From Lama guanicoe (lineage: Eukaryota), in assembly GCA_013239625.1 (NCBI GenBank), contig MU054323.1, positions 6,375,220-6,439,219 on the forward strand: 64,000 bases of DNA, in the 5' to 3' direction. The position numbers were made by a program, and so were the translations under genes. A model generated the notes under the pieces. It searched no databases, was not told where the DNA came from, and worked only from the letters and a program-made list of their open reading frames with translations. Positions 62,843 through 64,000 of this stretch are shown here, in pieces; position 1 is the stretch's first letter, and each line of letters opens with the position of its first letter.

Positions 62843-63384
62843 TAAGCCTCTCTTTCCATAGCTTTGTTCTTCTTTAATTTATGATGCTTGGCTGTGTTTC
62901 CATTGCCTGCCGTCCTTTTAAGTAGCTGGAGTCAGTGCCAAGGCATACACCAGACTCTTGTGGCCAGGTGTCAGGCAATTCCCACCACTGTGTCTAGGTG
63001 AGGTGGTAGATTTTCTCAGCCTTTTCTGGTTTTAAAGAACAAGCAGTTAACACATTCAGAAATAACAAGCACAGACATAGAAAAAATTTGTTAACGACTC
63101 ACATTAAAGTTAAAGGTTAGGAGATTTTTAATTGAATTGGAGTGATAAAAATGGAATTTTGGACTAGATTTGGTGGGTAGTGGCTATTACAATATTGTGC
63201 CCAGAGTGAAGAGAGGGTGTAAGCAGAAAAGTGGTACACACACAACTGTGTGTGTAACATGGGGAATCATCTCAATTTACCATTTATGGAATTAAAAATA
63301 ACAGGTTTCTCTGCATAGTTACATAACTTGTTAAGCATCTGATTAAAAGTAATGAGATCCCTCAAACATTGCTAAAGAGAAATG

Positions 63385-63985
63385 TGAAACATTGCAGCAA
63401 CTTTGGAAAATAGTTTGGCAGTTTCTCAAAATGTTAAACATTAAATTACCAAGTGACCCAGCAATTCAACTCTTAGGTTTCTATCCAGGAGAAATGGAAA
63501 TGTATGTGCATATAAAGACTTGAATATGAATGAGTGTTCATGGTAGCATTATTCACAATAGTCAAAAAGTGGAAGCCACCCAAATGTTCATCAGATGGTG
63601 AATGGATGAACAAAATGTGGTACATCCATATATAGAACATTATTTAGCAATTAAAAGGAAAAGAAATACTTATGGATGAATTTCAAAACTGTTATACTCA
63701 GTGAAAGAAGATAATCACAAATTTGATTGATTCTATTTCTATTTATATGAAATGTCCATAAAAAGCAAATTTATAGAGACAGGAAGTTGATTATTGACTT
63801 CTTAGGGCTGGGGTTGGGAATGGAGTGTGATTATATGAGGTTTTTGGACTGATAGAATGTTCTAAAATTAGGTCGTGGTGACGGTTGCACAACTTTGTAA
63901 ATCTAAAAATCACTGATTTAAAATTGGTGAATTTTATGGTGCATAAATTATACCTCGGTGAAACTGTTGATAATAATTTAAAAAG
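63385..63985 (+). mobile_element. L1M 3' end
   Basis: ctttggaaaatagtttggcagtttctcaaaatgttaaaca, gtgacccagcaatt, caaaatgtggtacatccata. Confidence 0.85.
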
Positions 63986-64000
63986 AACTGAGCAAGTGGA

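Overview
Mammalian genomic DNA, most likely camelid: it carries four tRNA-derived SINEs of the camelid type and artiodactyl-type L1 3' ends. Gene order matches the human FKBP1B-SF3B6-TP53I3-PFN4-FAM228B cluster. Five spliced genes were reconstructed by hand with GT-AG junctions and consistent exon phases: FKBP1B (+, exons 2-4; exon 1 lies upstream of the window), SF3B6 (-, complete, 125 aa), TP53I3/PIG3 (-, complete, 332 aa), PFN4 (-, complete, 129 aa) and FAM228B (+, first 7 coding exons; continues past the window). There are four CpG islands. The rest is mostly L1, L2, LTR, hAT and Tigger remnants, and most ORF-track entries are noise. No wholly new system can be firmly supported. The best leads concern RNA processing: in-frame read-through options along the three tandem minus-strand genes, a possible LTR-derived alternative last exon of PFN4, a truncating alternative acceptor in FKBP1B, an absent p53 microsatellite in TP53I3, and two unusual retro-insertions. 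Gene and repeat names come from recognition and memory, not from database searches, and repeat boundaries are approximate.
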